A stretch of DNA of 64,000 bases from assembly GCF_009914755.1 (NCBI RefSeq), contig NC_060929.1; one strand, written 5' to 3'. Positions 24,344 to 36,730 of the stretch are shown here, piece after piece. The stretch is from the human T2T-CHM13v2.0 reference genome, Homo sapiens. The notes under the pieces are model-generated. The model was not told the origin of the DNA. It made no database searches and was given only the letters and a program-made list of their open reading frames with translations. The first letter of the stretch is position 1. Each line of letters starts with the position of its first letter. The position numbers and the translations under genes are program-made.

Positions 24344-24462
24344 TGTGACCCGAGAGCCAGAGCAGGACCCGCCACCCTCCTGTGCCGTGTCCCTTCCTGT
24401 CCACCATGTGTCAGGCCCACTGGACACGGTGCCCGGCAGCTTCACACACACAATTCGCCCTT
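24344..24462 (-). repeat. Right arm of 119-bp inverted repeat (partner 14831-14949)
   Basis: Reverse complement begins AAGGGCGAATTGTGTGTGTGAAGCTG, identical to 14831-14856. Confidence 0.92.
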
Positions 24463-25030
24463 CGTCGTGTACGAGGCAGTGTTCCAGCATGTTCAGTCAC
24501 ATAAGCTTCACCACAGCCATTTCGGAACATTTTCACCCAAAAAGAAATCCATACCCTGTAAGCAGCCTCCCCCCATCCCCCATCTCCCCCCATTCCCCTT
24601 GACCCACCCCCAGCACCCGCCAGTGCACCCCCTGCCTCTGTGCCTGGCCCACTCTGGCATTTCGTGTTAAGTGCAGTCCCACAGCGTGAGACCCTTTGTG
24701 TCTAGCTTCCTCCCGAGCGTGAGGCTTCCAAGCTTGGCTCCTGATTCTAGCTGAGAGGCCTGCAGCAGGCACGGCCCACATGGACTCAGCATGTTCTCGG
24801 GCTGCATCCATTCTGGCTGCTGTGAACTTGCGTGCACCCGTTCCTGAGGCTGTGCCACACACCAGGAGTGGACCTGCCGGGGAAGGGGCGGCTCTGTCTC
24901 TCACACTTTCAGGAACCACAGGCCCTTCCCGTGCAGCTACAACCCTGCAAGAGGGGTCCGATTCCGCACGTCCTCCCCGCGATTCTCTGGTTTTGGCTGT
25001 GACCATCACAGGTGTGAGTTGGCATCTCAC
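24440..25030 (-). mobile_element. Old L1 (L1M/L1MB-like) 3' fragment, strongly diverged
   Basis: Recognisable motifs GAACATTTTCACCCAAAAAGAAATCCATACCC, CTAGCTTCCTCC, GGTGTGAGTTGGCATCTCA. Confidence 0.6.
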
Positions 25031-25109
25031 GAGTTAGAACACGCTGTCCCCACTCATGGCGGACTCTCTGGTGCCTCCATCCTTATATAAATTAAATTAT
25101 AAATCGAAT

Positions 25110-25404
<295 letters not shown>

Positions 25405-25633
25405 TCAACACACAGCACTAGGAAGTTTGGGGTAAGGTCATTTCCAAGCCGATGACATGATTTGGAAGCCCTCGTCCAATTCATATGGTCACTCTTCAGC
25501 CACCTGAGTTGGCTGTGGCTGGTCAGCCCTGACGCTCCTGCTAGAAAAGGGGCGGCCAGTACATTTTCTCCAGCTGTCTTTCATGCTGAATGAGACTCAA
25601 GAGATTCTTCAACGTACTCAGATTTCATAGGAT

Positions 25634-25639
25634 TTTATT
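25634..25639 (-). terminator. SLC12A7: SLC12A7 poly(A) signal AATAAA
   Basis: TTTATT on + strand ~2 kb past the stop codon. Confidence 0.85.
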
Positions 25640-26280
25640 TTTCTACTAACACAGACAGACAGGGAAACCTACAAAAGGAAACGGAGTCAATTGTAAATGG
25701 CTGTAGTTACTGGTTACACGGAGTTGACAACACAAAGGATGCCTGGTGCTTGCGTGCAGAGGCTGCAGCCCAGGGCGGGGGCAGAGCTGAGCCCTCAGGA
25801 GGTGGTTTCGTGTGCAGAACTGAGCGGCCCTCAGAAGCAGGGCTGTTTTCCAGCCACCAACCAACGTTCAGAGCCAGCACCATGTGGCCGCTGTGCCTCT
25901 AGCCTGCTCTCCTCCAGGTGCAGGGGACACAGGACCTGCCGGCCCCATCCAGACATGGAGGAGCGTTTTGCTGCTTAACTCATGCTTAGCCAAGGCAGGC
26001 AGAGGCTGTGGGAACTGCTGAGCCCCGCTGTGATGTCTGGGACACGCTCTGGGCAGCAGCCGTCACTCTACAGCAATGCCAGCCCTAGTCTGGCTCCTCA
26101 GAAACATCTGGGGGCACAAGTGCAGCCTCTGCCCCGATTTGAACTTTGTTGATGGGGCTGATTCCCTTGGGAGACCATGCAAGCCAGACGTAGCCCAAGG
26201 CCTGGCCATCTGGGGCCTCTAGTATATAGAAGCAACCTCTTTATGGACAACCTTGTTACCACGTAACTCCCTGGGGTGTT

Positions 26281-26293
26281 TAAATAAATAAAT
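26281..26293 (-). promoter_or_regulatory. AU-rich element (AUUUAUUUAUUUA) in SLC12A7 3' UTR
   Basis: TAAATAAATAAAT on + strand = three overlapping AUUUA pentamers on the mRNA strand. Confidence 0.6.
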
Positions 26294-27593
26294 ATGCCAC
26301 ATAGAAAGGGAGGCCCAAGTCGGTGCCACTGCCCGCAGCCTGCAAATGTGACCACAACCTACAAAGCAGAAACTCACAGCCAGCCGAAGTGCAAAGTGTT
26401 GGGCCCTTGAAAGCTATCTCTTCAGTGCCACCGCCGCCTCCATGCAAGGCACAGGCCATGGCAGGGGACGCCCGGGACTCAGCCAGACAGACCTGACACC
26501 AGGCGCCACTGCTGCCTGAGGACCTCCCACGTCGGGTCCGTGTCCTCCTTCCCTGGAGCACCGGGGTGGGGATGGCACGTGTGAGCCAGCTCAGAGGCTG
26601 AACTGTGTGCCGTGCTCCTGGGGTGGGGTGGGGTGGGGAGGGCAGTCCTGGCTGTCGTGGGCTGTCGGGGGAACTCACTGTTCACTCTGCGCGCGTGTGC
26701 CCCTGGGTTTCAGTGCATTTGCCTGCGTGAGGCACTGATCGCACCTGTGGCTGTGGGCTGGGCCCTGTCAGTGCTTATGAAAAGAAGTGGCTGGTTTTCT
26801 AAAGGTGGATGGAGACTCGGACAGCTGCAAACACAGCCCGGCATGGCAGAGCCACAGCTGGGGGCCCCTTCCCGGAGCGTAGGCCCTGATGAACTGAACG
26901 TGTTCACCACACACCCGACAGATGATCCACCACGTTCTGGAAAAGCCGAGTTCCCTTTCCAGATGGCCCTGGCCCACGCCTCAGCTCATGAAATGTGGAC
27001 CTGCCGAGCCCAGAGGCTCCCACACGAGGGTGACACGGGCATGGACAGAGTCCTCCAGCTTCAGTGCCTTGAGGTACAGAAACACAAAGACAGTCAAGGA
27101 ACAGAGTGACTCGGAGGTGACCGGGGCCCTGAGCGGAGCCATGGCCAGGGCTGACGTTTCACCTTCATCATCAGGGACAGCTTCAGCTCCGGGTGCTCTT
27201 CCAAGAATGTTCTGGATGGGGTAGAAATGCAACCTAACCACTGGGTAAATCCAGCCAAGGAAAAGAACTTCCAGAAACCAAGGCAAGGGCTCACTGGCTT
27301 CTTGTGACCTGCGAGAAGATCTGGCCACGTCCAGGTCACTCCGGTAGCAGCGTCTGCCCTCAGATGCAAGGAAATCGTCCAGCCACGCCCTGATTTGCTG
27401 AGCCTGTTAAGGCTGAACAGGAGAGCCCTAGGTGACGGGCCTAGAAACTTCCGTAGGAAGCCCCATGGGCAGCTTGGGTGGCATCACTGGGGGACAGGTG
27501 TGTCTGCCGTCTGTTTCCCTGGGCCAAGCCCAGGCCCAGGCTGCCCACGCCGTCCTCCGTGCCTGTCCCAGAGTGCCGTGATGCTGTTGGGCA

Positions 27594-28577
<984 letters not shown>

Positions 28578-28711
28578 AGTTCTCGTCTCCCTGCCGGTTT
28601 TTGGGAGGACCTGGCATGTTGAGCAGGACCAGCTGCGCATCCTGGGACTTGTTGAGGACGACGCCATTGAGCTTCACAGCCGTGTGCATCCGCCTGACGT
28701 TGGACTGGTCC
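28578..28711 (-). CDS. SLC12A7: SLC12A7 exon 23 ([16 protein letters not shown]...[14 protein letters not shown])
   Basis: ctgcag|G...AACT|gtatcc, 134 bp. Confidence 0.96.
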
Positions 28712-30324
28712 CTGCAGGGGAGGTGGGCACGGTCAGCGGGCGGCGGGTGCACCCCACGCTCCGGACACGAGGCTGAGCTGAGCCCTGATGAGCTGCATTC
28801 ACACGTGTTGGAAAGGGCTGTGTGAGTCAGGATCAGGCGGATTCTCTGACCCTGAAGGATGCAGAAGTGGCGGCTCCGAGCGAAAGGCGCTGACTGCAGC
28901 CAGGGCGGGCGTTCAGCAGCGGGATGCTTTGGCCTCCAGGGACCTAGAACTCAGCCCACTAAGGCTGCCAAGCTTCTAAGGGCTACAGTCACACAACACA
29001 AACCGCAAGCGCTTTCCTAACTACATCTACATCTGCAAAGCAGGCAGAACAGTGGAAGCCGTCTGGGTGGCCCATGTGCCTGACGCCTTCAAGGCTGACA
29101 CGCTTCTCTTGACATCTACATCATCGCCCCTAAACCCCACGTCAGACACTGCCAAACACAGACCCGTCAGGCTGGGCACACATGGCCTCCTCTCCGAGGG
29201 TCCTGATACAACTGGGTCCAAGGGGCCGGAAGCTCAGGAAGGAAAGGCCCAGAGTCCCCCACACCGGCCTGTGCAGCCGTTGCTGCTGAAGCTCCCAGGC
29301 CTGACAAGGACAGGGTATGCCGAGGACTCAGCTGGAGGCACAGGCCCTCAGTGGCCACTACTGGGTCCCCTCCTACGGCCCACCCTGCCCCTGTCTGGCC
29401 AAGGGCTAAAGGACAAGCACTTCCACCGTGTGGCCGTCCAGCCCCCGCCTTCCGTCCTCACAACGCAGCTCTGCTCCACGACCCTCCCTGTCTGCTCTCT
29501 GAAGCTGCTGTGGCCGGTCCATGTCTCAAAGCGTCCCTGGCGGCCTGGGCCCGGCCACAGCCCCACAGGAGGCTCCCCAACCAAGTAGGTTTGGGGACAC
29601 TGCAGAATCATGCTGTGAGGTGCTCAGGCCCTTGCGGGACAGAGCTTATCTCCCTCCTCTACCCCACGGTCCCCTCCTAGGCAGGCCCCTAAACTGCAGC
29701 AGAACTGGCGTTCCAGGAGGCCACCTGGGGAAACGCTGGGCGGAGGGGAGCACTTGCGTTTCTGTGTTGGAAAAACCCGGCCCGTGTGTGGACTTGAAAG
29801 TCGGAGCGGGTCTCAGGCCAGCTGCAGCCGTGCGGTCGTGACTGTGGCCCCCTGGGGGAGGTCACCAGCGCCCTGGACGCAGAGGGGCGGCGGCGGACAG
29901 ACAGAGGCCGCCCACGCAGGGTCACGGAGAGGCCCCACGGACGCCATCCAGGCTCACGCCCTTTGATCCGCTTGACGCTTAAGCCACATAAACGTGATCA
30001 TAACCACCAATTTCCAGGAGGAACACAGGGAGAGACCTTCTATCTTCTCTCCAGCCTGGTCTAATTACAGATGGGGTCTCTGTCCACAGCACAGTCAAGG
30101 GGCTTTCGTGCCAGGAACTTGGAACTTTGAATTCGACTTCTGGATAGACCACAATTACCAGTGTGTTTGGGGACAAAGAGCAGCTCCAGGAAGTGAAAGC
30201 AGGCCAGGAGCACAGGGGGGTCGGAGTGGGCAGCGTGTCCACAGCCAGTGAGTGCTGGGGTGAGGCGGAGACCTGGCCCTTGGCTACTGGTGGAGTATGC
30301 CGGCCGCCACAGCAAGGAGGACCA

Positions 30325-30625
30325 GTGCAGACACAGGCACAGACACGCACACTAATGTGTATACGCACACACACATACATGCAGACACTGATGTGTACAC
30401 ACACAGGCATAGTCACACTAATACACAAGTGCATACACTATCATGTACAAACAGGCATGCAGTCACAATGTGCAAATGCGTGCAGACACACTAACATGTA
30501 AGACATGCATAGTATGTGCACACAGACATGCACACTAACGTACGTGGACGTGCACACAGGCAGGTACACGTCCACCGGCAGGTGCGCTGACAGGTACATG
30601 CGAGCACGCACACAAACAGACATCC
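30325..30625. repeat. CA-rich low-complexity tract (UG-rich in SLC12A7 pre-mRNA)
   Basis: Degenerate (CA)n/(CATA)n. Confidence 0.8.
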
Positions 30626-31808
30626 GTTAAGTGTGCTCCCGGGGACGTCACAGTAAGCCACGCACATCTCACGCCTGCACTGCCCAGAAGAGGTCAGGGC
30701 CGACCTCCAGATCTTCGGAGGGCTTCTCCCAGCCCAACCCCGAGAAACTGCTGGGCCAAGAGAGTCAATGCCATCCCAGACGCACGCCACACATGAATAC
30801 AAAGCCCACGCGTTGTCCATTCTGGCCCACCTTCTCCTGACCCTACAGGCCTGTGGGGACCTGCCCCCGCCCCGACCAAGGGGAGGCAAGCCCCGGCGCT
30901 GGGAGGAGGCACAGGTGCCACTGAGGGTCCCCGAGTGTGTGTGCCTGTGCATGTGTGTGTCAAACCCTACTCCTGGGTCTACGTCGTTCTGCGGCTTTAA
31001 TTAACACGCTATTCTGAAGGCACTTTCAGATTTACAGAACGGAGCAGGAAGTACAGGGATTCCCTGCACGCCTCGCACATAGCTGCACAGTTTCTTGAGT
31101 CTGATTAATTCAGGTTTCGGGGTTAAAGATAAAAAGGGAAGGGAAGTGTGGCCACTCAGCCAAGGCGTTCCTCACTCAGGCACCAGGCACTGCCTGCCCA
31201 CAAGGAAAACATGGCCCAGGCGGTTACTGGCGGGGGCAGGCAGGGGACAGAGACGGCATCGAGGACTCCCAGGGAGCACCCTGGGGGTCCGTCCAGGGTA
31301 CACCCTCCCACCTGCCCCGGAGCTCAGACGCAGGTAGCTCCTGCCGAGGGTCCGACCACACAGAGAACTGATCTGCACCCCTCTCCGCCTGGAGGCTGGA
31401 CAGCTTTAACATGGAAGGCATTCCAGGTGGGAACGCGACTCAGCTAGCGCCTGACCCAGAAGGACGTGGATGGACTCACTGACGGGCCCTGCGAGGCGCA
31501 CGCCTCCCCTCCACTCCGGAGCGGCTCGGACACCTCCCAGGTCTCAGTTCCTGGGCCTCACTTAGGAAGAGGCTTCAGGCGTGTGCTGGAGCCACCGTGA
31601 ACAGAGGGGAGCGAAGGCAACAGGAAACTGACGTGGGAGCCGCAGCAGCTCTGGGTGAGCTCTGGCTGTACGCGGACGCACACAAGCCACCGTGCACGGG
31701 GCAGGCACAGGCCTAGAACACGCGCACAGACACACGCAGGCCACACACACACAGGCATGCAGGGCAACCGGGCCCGGAAGGCGACCTGGTTGTAGCGAGT
31801 GGACTTAC

Positions 31809-31823
31809 AGGTTTCCCCATTCT
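31809..31823 (-). CDS. SLC12A7: SLC12A7 alternative 15-nt microexon (adds EWGNL between exons 22 and 23)
   Basis: ctcttgtttttttctcctgcatag|AGAATGGGGAAACCT|gtaagt; phase 2-2, gives KP-EWGNL-DQS, like KCC2 KPEWENLNQS. Confidence 0.88.
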
Positions 31824-32364
31824 CTATGCAGGAGAAAAAAACAAGAGTGTGTTACTGACTTCAGGAGAGAGCACCAGGCTGTTCCAGATCGCATGGCTGC
31901 CCAGGAGGACGCCGCCTCATCCCACCCCACAGGGCCCAGGAGCCCCCAGCCCTTCCTGAGAACCTGGCTTTAGGGTCTGGCTCTGACCCCGGGTGAGAGG
32001 TGTCTCTTGCGCTCTCATCTGGAACTCAGAGGCTGCGTCTGCAGAACCAAACCCACACCCGCAAGGACCCTGTACAGCCCTGGTGTTCGCAGCCCAAGGC
32101 CACAGGTGGGAGCCTTGGCGTAGGGCAGGCCCTAGGGCCCGACAGCAGCCTGAACTACCCACAGGGTGAAGGCCAGGAATTCTGTGCCCAGCGGCACAAG
32201 CCTCCTCGCCTCCATGGAACAGACCCATCTGCCTGCTGCAGTGAGGCTTGCCTGAGCAAAGCAGGCCTGGCCGCAGGGCTGACTTCAGGGCTGGCCCAGG
32301 TACCAGGAGGACTGCTCGTCACCCAGCTGTGGGGTTAACATCAGGACCCACCCTAGGTCCTACA

Positions 32365-32545
32365 AGGACCCCTCAGCGCTTGGCACTAGAAGGACCCCTC
32401 AGCGCTTGGCACTAGAAGGACCCCTCAGCACTTGGCACCCAGGTCTTACAAGGACTCCCGGCCTTGGCACTAGAAGGATCCCTCAGCGCCCGGCCACAGG
32501 GCTGAACTCAGGGCCCGGCCTTGGCACCAAAAGGACCCCTCAGTG
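32365..32545. repeat. ~26-bp degenerate tandem repeat
   Basis: AAGGACCCCTCAGCGCTTGGCACTAG units. Confidence 0.8.
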
Positions 32546-32697
32546 CCCACTCAGGCGGCTCCCTGTTCTCTAACGGGCCCACTGGCCTGCAGGGTTGCCC
32601 CGAAGCTCTTCAGTGGTCAGGGAAGGGACTCTGTCCTCACTGCCGGGCCAGCACTGCCAGGATCTGTTCCCCCCAGGCCACACGCACGGACACTCAC

Positions 32698-32876
32698 GGC
32701 TTCATGCTGAAGAGGTCTTTGAAACCAGATAGGCTGGTGTCTCTGCTCCTGTACTTCTCAGCGATCAGCTTCTCCCTGGTCCAGGTCATCTGCACCTTGT
32801 CTGGCGTAGGCGGCGCTTGGGTCCTGGCTGCCGCCGCGGTGTGGGACGCGGTGTTCCTGTCGTGGATCAGCTGGGC
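32698..32876 (-). CDS. SLC12A7: SLC12A7 exon 22 (AQLIHDRNT...KVQMTWT...DLFSMKP); contains WNK-SPAK site T980
   Basis: gccag|GCC...AAGCC|gtgagt, 179 bp. Confidence 0.96.
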
Positions 32877-35565
32877 CTGGCGGGCCCGGGACTCGGTGAG
32901 ACCAGCCGGTCTCAAAACTCCTCTGGGCGAGAGCGACCCGGGATGCCAGGCCGGAGGTGAGGGCAGCTCACAGAACCTGAAGGGCCCTGTGTGCCTGACC
33001 CAGGACCCAGCCTGGCGTCCCACACTGGTCCTGCGCCGCCCCCGTGACTGCCTCCCTCCTCCCAGGCTTCCTGACCAAACGCTCACCCCCTCACCTTCCC
33101 GCCCTGGCCCTGAACTGGAAAGGCCCCATGACCCCGTACTGACAGGAGGTGACACGTGCTGGCAGAGTCTCCCCCTCACCTGACGGGGCTCCACACACGT
33201 GTTCACCCCAGACCACCTGCTCGCCCACAGGCATCCCCGTCTCAGGGAGGCTTGGGGCAGGTGGGGCCGTACCAGCATCCAGGCCCTGTCCCCGGGGAAG
33301 CAGGCTGTGTCTGACCAGCCAGGGGACGTTTGGGGGCCGGCCAGGCTGGCAGGGGCCCTGTGGGGCACCGCTGGGGCCAATGACAGGGCCGGCCCCCTGT
33401 GCGTCACTTCTGACAATCCGAGGAAAATGAAAACACCGTCCACGCCCCTAGCTGTAGGCGCCGAAGGGGAAGTGGCGCCCTCACCGCGAGATCGCACCAA
33501 TGGCGCAGCCCCTGGTGGTTAAACACCCTCCACTGGGTTCTCATTCCTCCCTGCACCCTTCACGCCCTCCGTGCTGTCGTGGCCAGCCTGACAGGTAGGC
33601 CAATGGGAGCTCCCAGACACGGGTGCCACCTTGGAAGTGGTATTTATGCACACACCGGAATGGCCACCTCTCCCACTGTGGCTGGAGCCCCGCCTGAGTT
33701 TGTGACGCAGCCCGGGGAGCCACTCGTCCCAGGGGCATCAGGAGTTTGTGAGCCCCGGGGTGATTTTAAAAAGCCAAAGGTCCAGAGTGATTTCACTGGA
33801 CCAGGTTCTTCTTCCCCGGATAAAACTGTTTAACTTGGATGTCGGTCCTTCCCGAAAGGGAAGAGATTGGCACAGATGGGGGAGGGCCTGGGGCTGCCTC
33901 CCTCTCTGGACACAGACAGTGGGCCCCAGGCCTCTACTCATTGTGGCGCCCGGCCCAGCCTAAATTTCCCATGGCCTTGAACGTGAAACCAGAGCCCAAG
34001 GGCTGCCCGCTCTCGGCAGAGCCAGCGCCGCCCACCTGGCCCGAGGGCCACCGTGTAAGTCACTAGAGGGTGTCCACCCAGCGTCTGCACAGCAGCTCAT
34101 CCAAACCCCGGCTTCTGCAGAGCGGTGACACCTCCAACCCCCACCTGGCCCAGGAGGGGCCCTTCGAGCTCGAGCTTGCTGTTCCCGCTCCCGGTCCCTC
34201 CTCGGTCAGCATTTGCTGACTCTCCACACTGAACTTCCCATGAAGCCATGGGTGGATTCTTGTTCCTAGCTGGACCCGGGCTGAACCCTTGTGACGCCAG
34301 GGCGACCCTGCCGGATCTCAGGGACCTGGCCTGGACAGAAAACAGAGGATGTGGGTCCTCCCAGACACTCCCGGCTGCCCGGACCCCCGTGGAAGGGGTC
34401 TCTGTCCACGGACAAGCTGGGCGGCCCCCCGTGTCCTGCATCTGTGCCCACCCTGACCTGCCCGGGGTCTGGGAGTGGACAGGACCGCAGCTCCACACGC
34501 CTTTCTCTGTTGGGGGAGAGCAGCAGTCGCTGCTTAGTGATTCCGGCTGTCAGCACATATGGCCCCACACGCAGACCCGTGTACTGCAGGTTCCTGCTGA
34601 GGCCAAGGCCCCAGGGCAGGCAAATCCTCTGCCCCTGCCTCCGCCGTCACTGCAGTCTCAGAAAACCAACACCTGCACCTGGTCTGCACACACACGTGTG
34701 TGATACCAGCCAGGTGGGACCCACGAAGACCCCATGAGGCCGTGACCTCACAGAGCTGAGCATCCCGCTACCAGGTGACCCCCGTGCTGTCCTCCAGTGC
34801 GAAGTGACCACAAAGACGCCTGCCCTTGGGGTCTCACAGTGGCCATGGGGCCCAGGCCAGTATAACTCAGATGGATACACCCAGACGTCCTCAGCAGCCT
34901 ACAGTTACCCACGGAGCCAAAGCCGCTGCAGCCAGGCGGCCAGCTTCCACGCACGGAGGCTGCACAGGTCTGTGTCGGGGGGTGGGGGGTGGGGGGGTTG
35001 GCAACTCCCCTCCAGCTCGCTTCCCTCCCTCCCTGCACACTCACTCTCCCCTCCCACTTGGTCTTAGACAGGACAGAAATCTGTGCATGCTGCGGGGAAG
35101 GGCACTGAGGGGCTCCAGGGTTTCAGGCTGTGAGACAAAGCAGCCATCGTAAGCAGCTGTGGGCACTCATCCGGCTCAGAAGCCGCTGACCCTGTCAGAG
35201 GGCACTGCCCTTGGGGAGGGTCCCCATGTCTCCTGCCTGCACGCTGCTCGGTTAGAAAAGCTAAGTTCAAAGGTCTCGGCCCTCGTCCCTTCCTGCACAT
35301 GAGCATGCATCTGGCAGGCTGCCGTTCCTCTAACCAGGCACCCGCACGCCCAGGCTCCGATGAGCTCTGGCTTTGACGCCACTCCTGTGCTCCTGCAGGG
35401 CCTCTGCCACCTCCACGCAGGCTGGGGGCTGAGCCTGCGACGCAGTACCTGAGGCATGCTCTCTGGAGGACCGTCGTGGGCTGCAGGAGGGTCCCAGAAA
35501 AGACTCAGCGAAGTCGGCTATACTTCTCAGAAAGCCTGGTGTCTGTGGCCACGGCCCCCACGTAC

Positions 35566-35673
35566 CTCTCGCTCCTGCTCGTTCTTGGACAGCTGCATCT
35601 GCTTCAGCATCTGCGACCTCTGCTCCATCATTAGTGTCCTCTCGTAGGTGAAAGCAGATATGTCGTTTTCAAC
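35566..35673 (-). CDS. SLC12A7: SLC12A7 exon 21 ([36 protein letters not shown]); contains T926
   Basis: tctag|GTT...GAG|gtacgt, 108 bp. Confidence 0.96.
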
Positions 35674-36114
35674 CTAGAAAGTTCCCAAGCACGTAGTAAG
35701 CCCGGTGTGCACAGAACCACGGATGGCTCCAACACCAGCCTGGTACCCAGAGACCGAGCCACCCTGAGCGGTGGGAAAGGCCACGCGTCCCAGGCCCCAC
35801 AGGCCCCCTCTGGCTCTCAGGCCCCCCGCCCAGTGGCCAGGAAGGTGTGAGCGCACGATGGGCAGTCACGCCGCACACACGCTCTGCTCATGTCCCTCCC
35901 CAGGACCCTCTGACCGGGCACAAGGGCAGCTGTGAGGACAAGGCCACAGCCACAAACCAACCTGGCACACACGGCTCAGGGCGAGGCACTGCCCCATGGG
36001 GCTGCATGATCCACGCTCACAGGTGTCATTGTCTATGCTCAGGGGGGCTTGGCACCATGGGAAACCCACCCAGAACACATGGAGAAGCCACAGCACAACC
36101 TCAGCGCCCGCCAT

Positions 36115-36380
36115 GCAGGACCCTGGGTCTCACCCATTGCACCCACCGTGCGGGACCCCTGCGCCTCACCCGGAACATCCACAGTGTGGGACTGCTGCGT
36201 CTCACCCACTGCACCTGCCGTGCAGGATCCCTGAGTCTCACCCGCCGCACCCGCCGTGCGGGATCCCTGAGTCTCACCCGCCGCACCCGCCGCACCTGCC
36301 GCATCCGCCATGCGGGACCCCTGCGTCTCACCCACCGCACCCGCTGTGCGGGATCCCTGTGTCTCACCCGCCGCACCCGG
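36115..36380. repeat. ~36-bp degenerate tandem repeat
   Basis: CCGTGCGGGATCCCTGAGTCTCACCCGCCGCAC-type units. Confidence 0.85.
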
Positions 36381-36439
36381 CTCATGGGAGTTGGGAGCAG
36401 CTGTGCCTGTTAAGCACCAGTATTTAAAACAGCACACCA

Positions 36440-36730
36440 GATCAGGTGCGGTGGCTCACACCTGTCATCCCAACACTTTGGGAGGCCGAGGCGGGTGGAT
36501 CACCTGAGGTCAGAAGTTCGAGACCAGCCTGGCCATCATGGTGAAACCCCATTGCTACTAAAAATACAAAGAAAAAAAAAAAAATTAGCCAGGTATGGTG
36601 ACGTGTACCTGTAGTCCCAGCTACTCAGGAGGCTGAGGCAGGAGAATTGCCTGAACCCAGGAGGTGGAGGTTCCAGCCTTGGGGACAGAGCGAGACTCTG
36701 TCTCAAAACTTTTTTTAAAAAAATAAACAG
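36440..36730 (+). mobile_element. Alu (AluS-type) with right-arm internal deletion
   Basis: GGTGGCTCACACCTGT...CACCTGAGGTCAG; GGAGGTT joins directly to CCAGCCT, lacking GCAGTGAGC...CACTGCACT. Confidence 0.93.

Noticed and set aside
14831-24462. Autonomous DNA transposon bounded by the 119-bp inverted repeats
   Set aside because: No transposase ORF, no clear target-site duplication, no known TIR terminus; kept only as an inverted duplication.
29960-29968. Perfect TCF/LEF site CCTTTGATC
   Set aside because: A single 9-mer is not surprising enough in 64 kb and has no supporting cluster.
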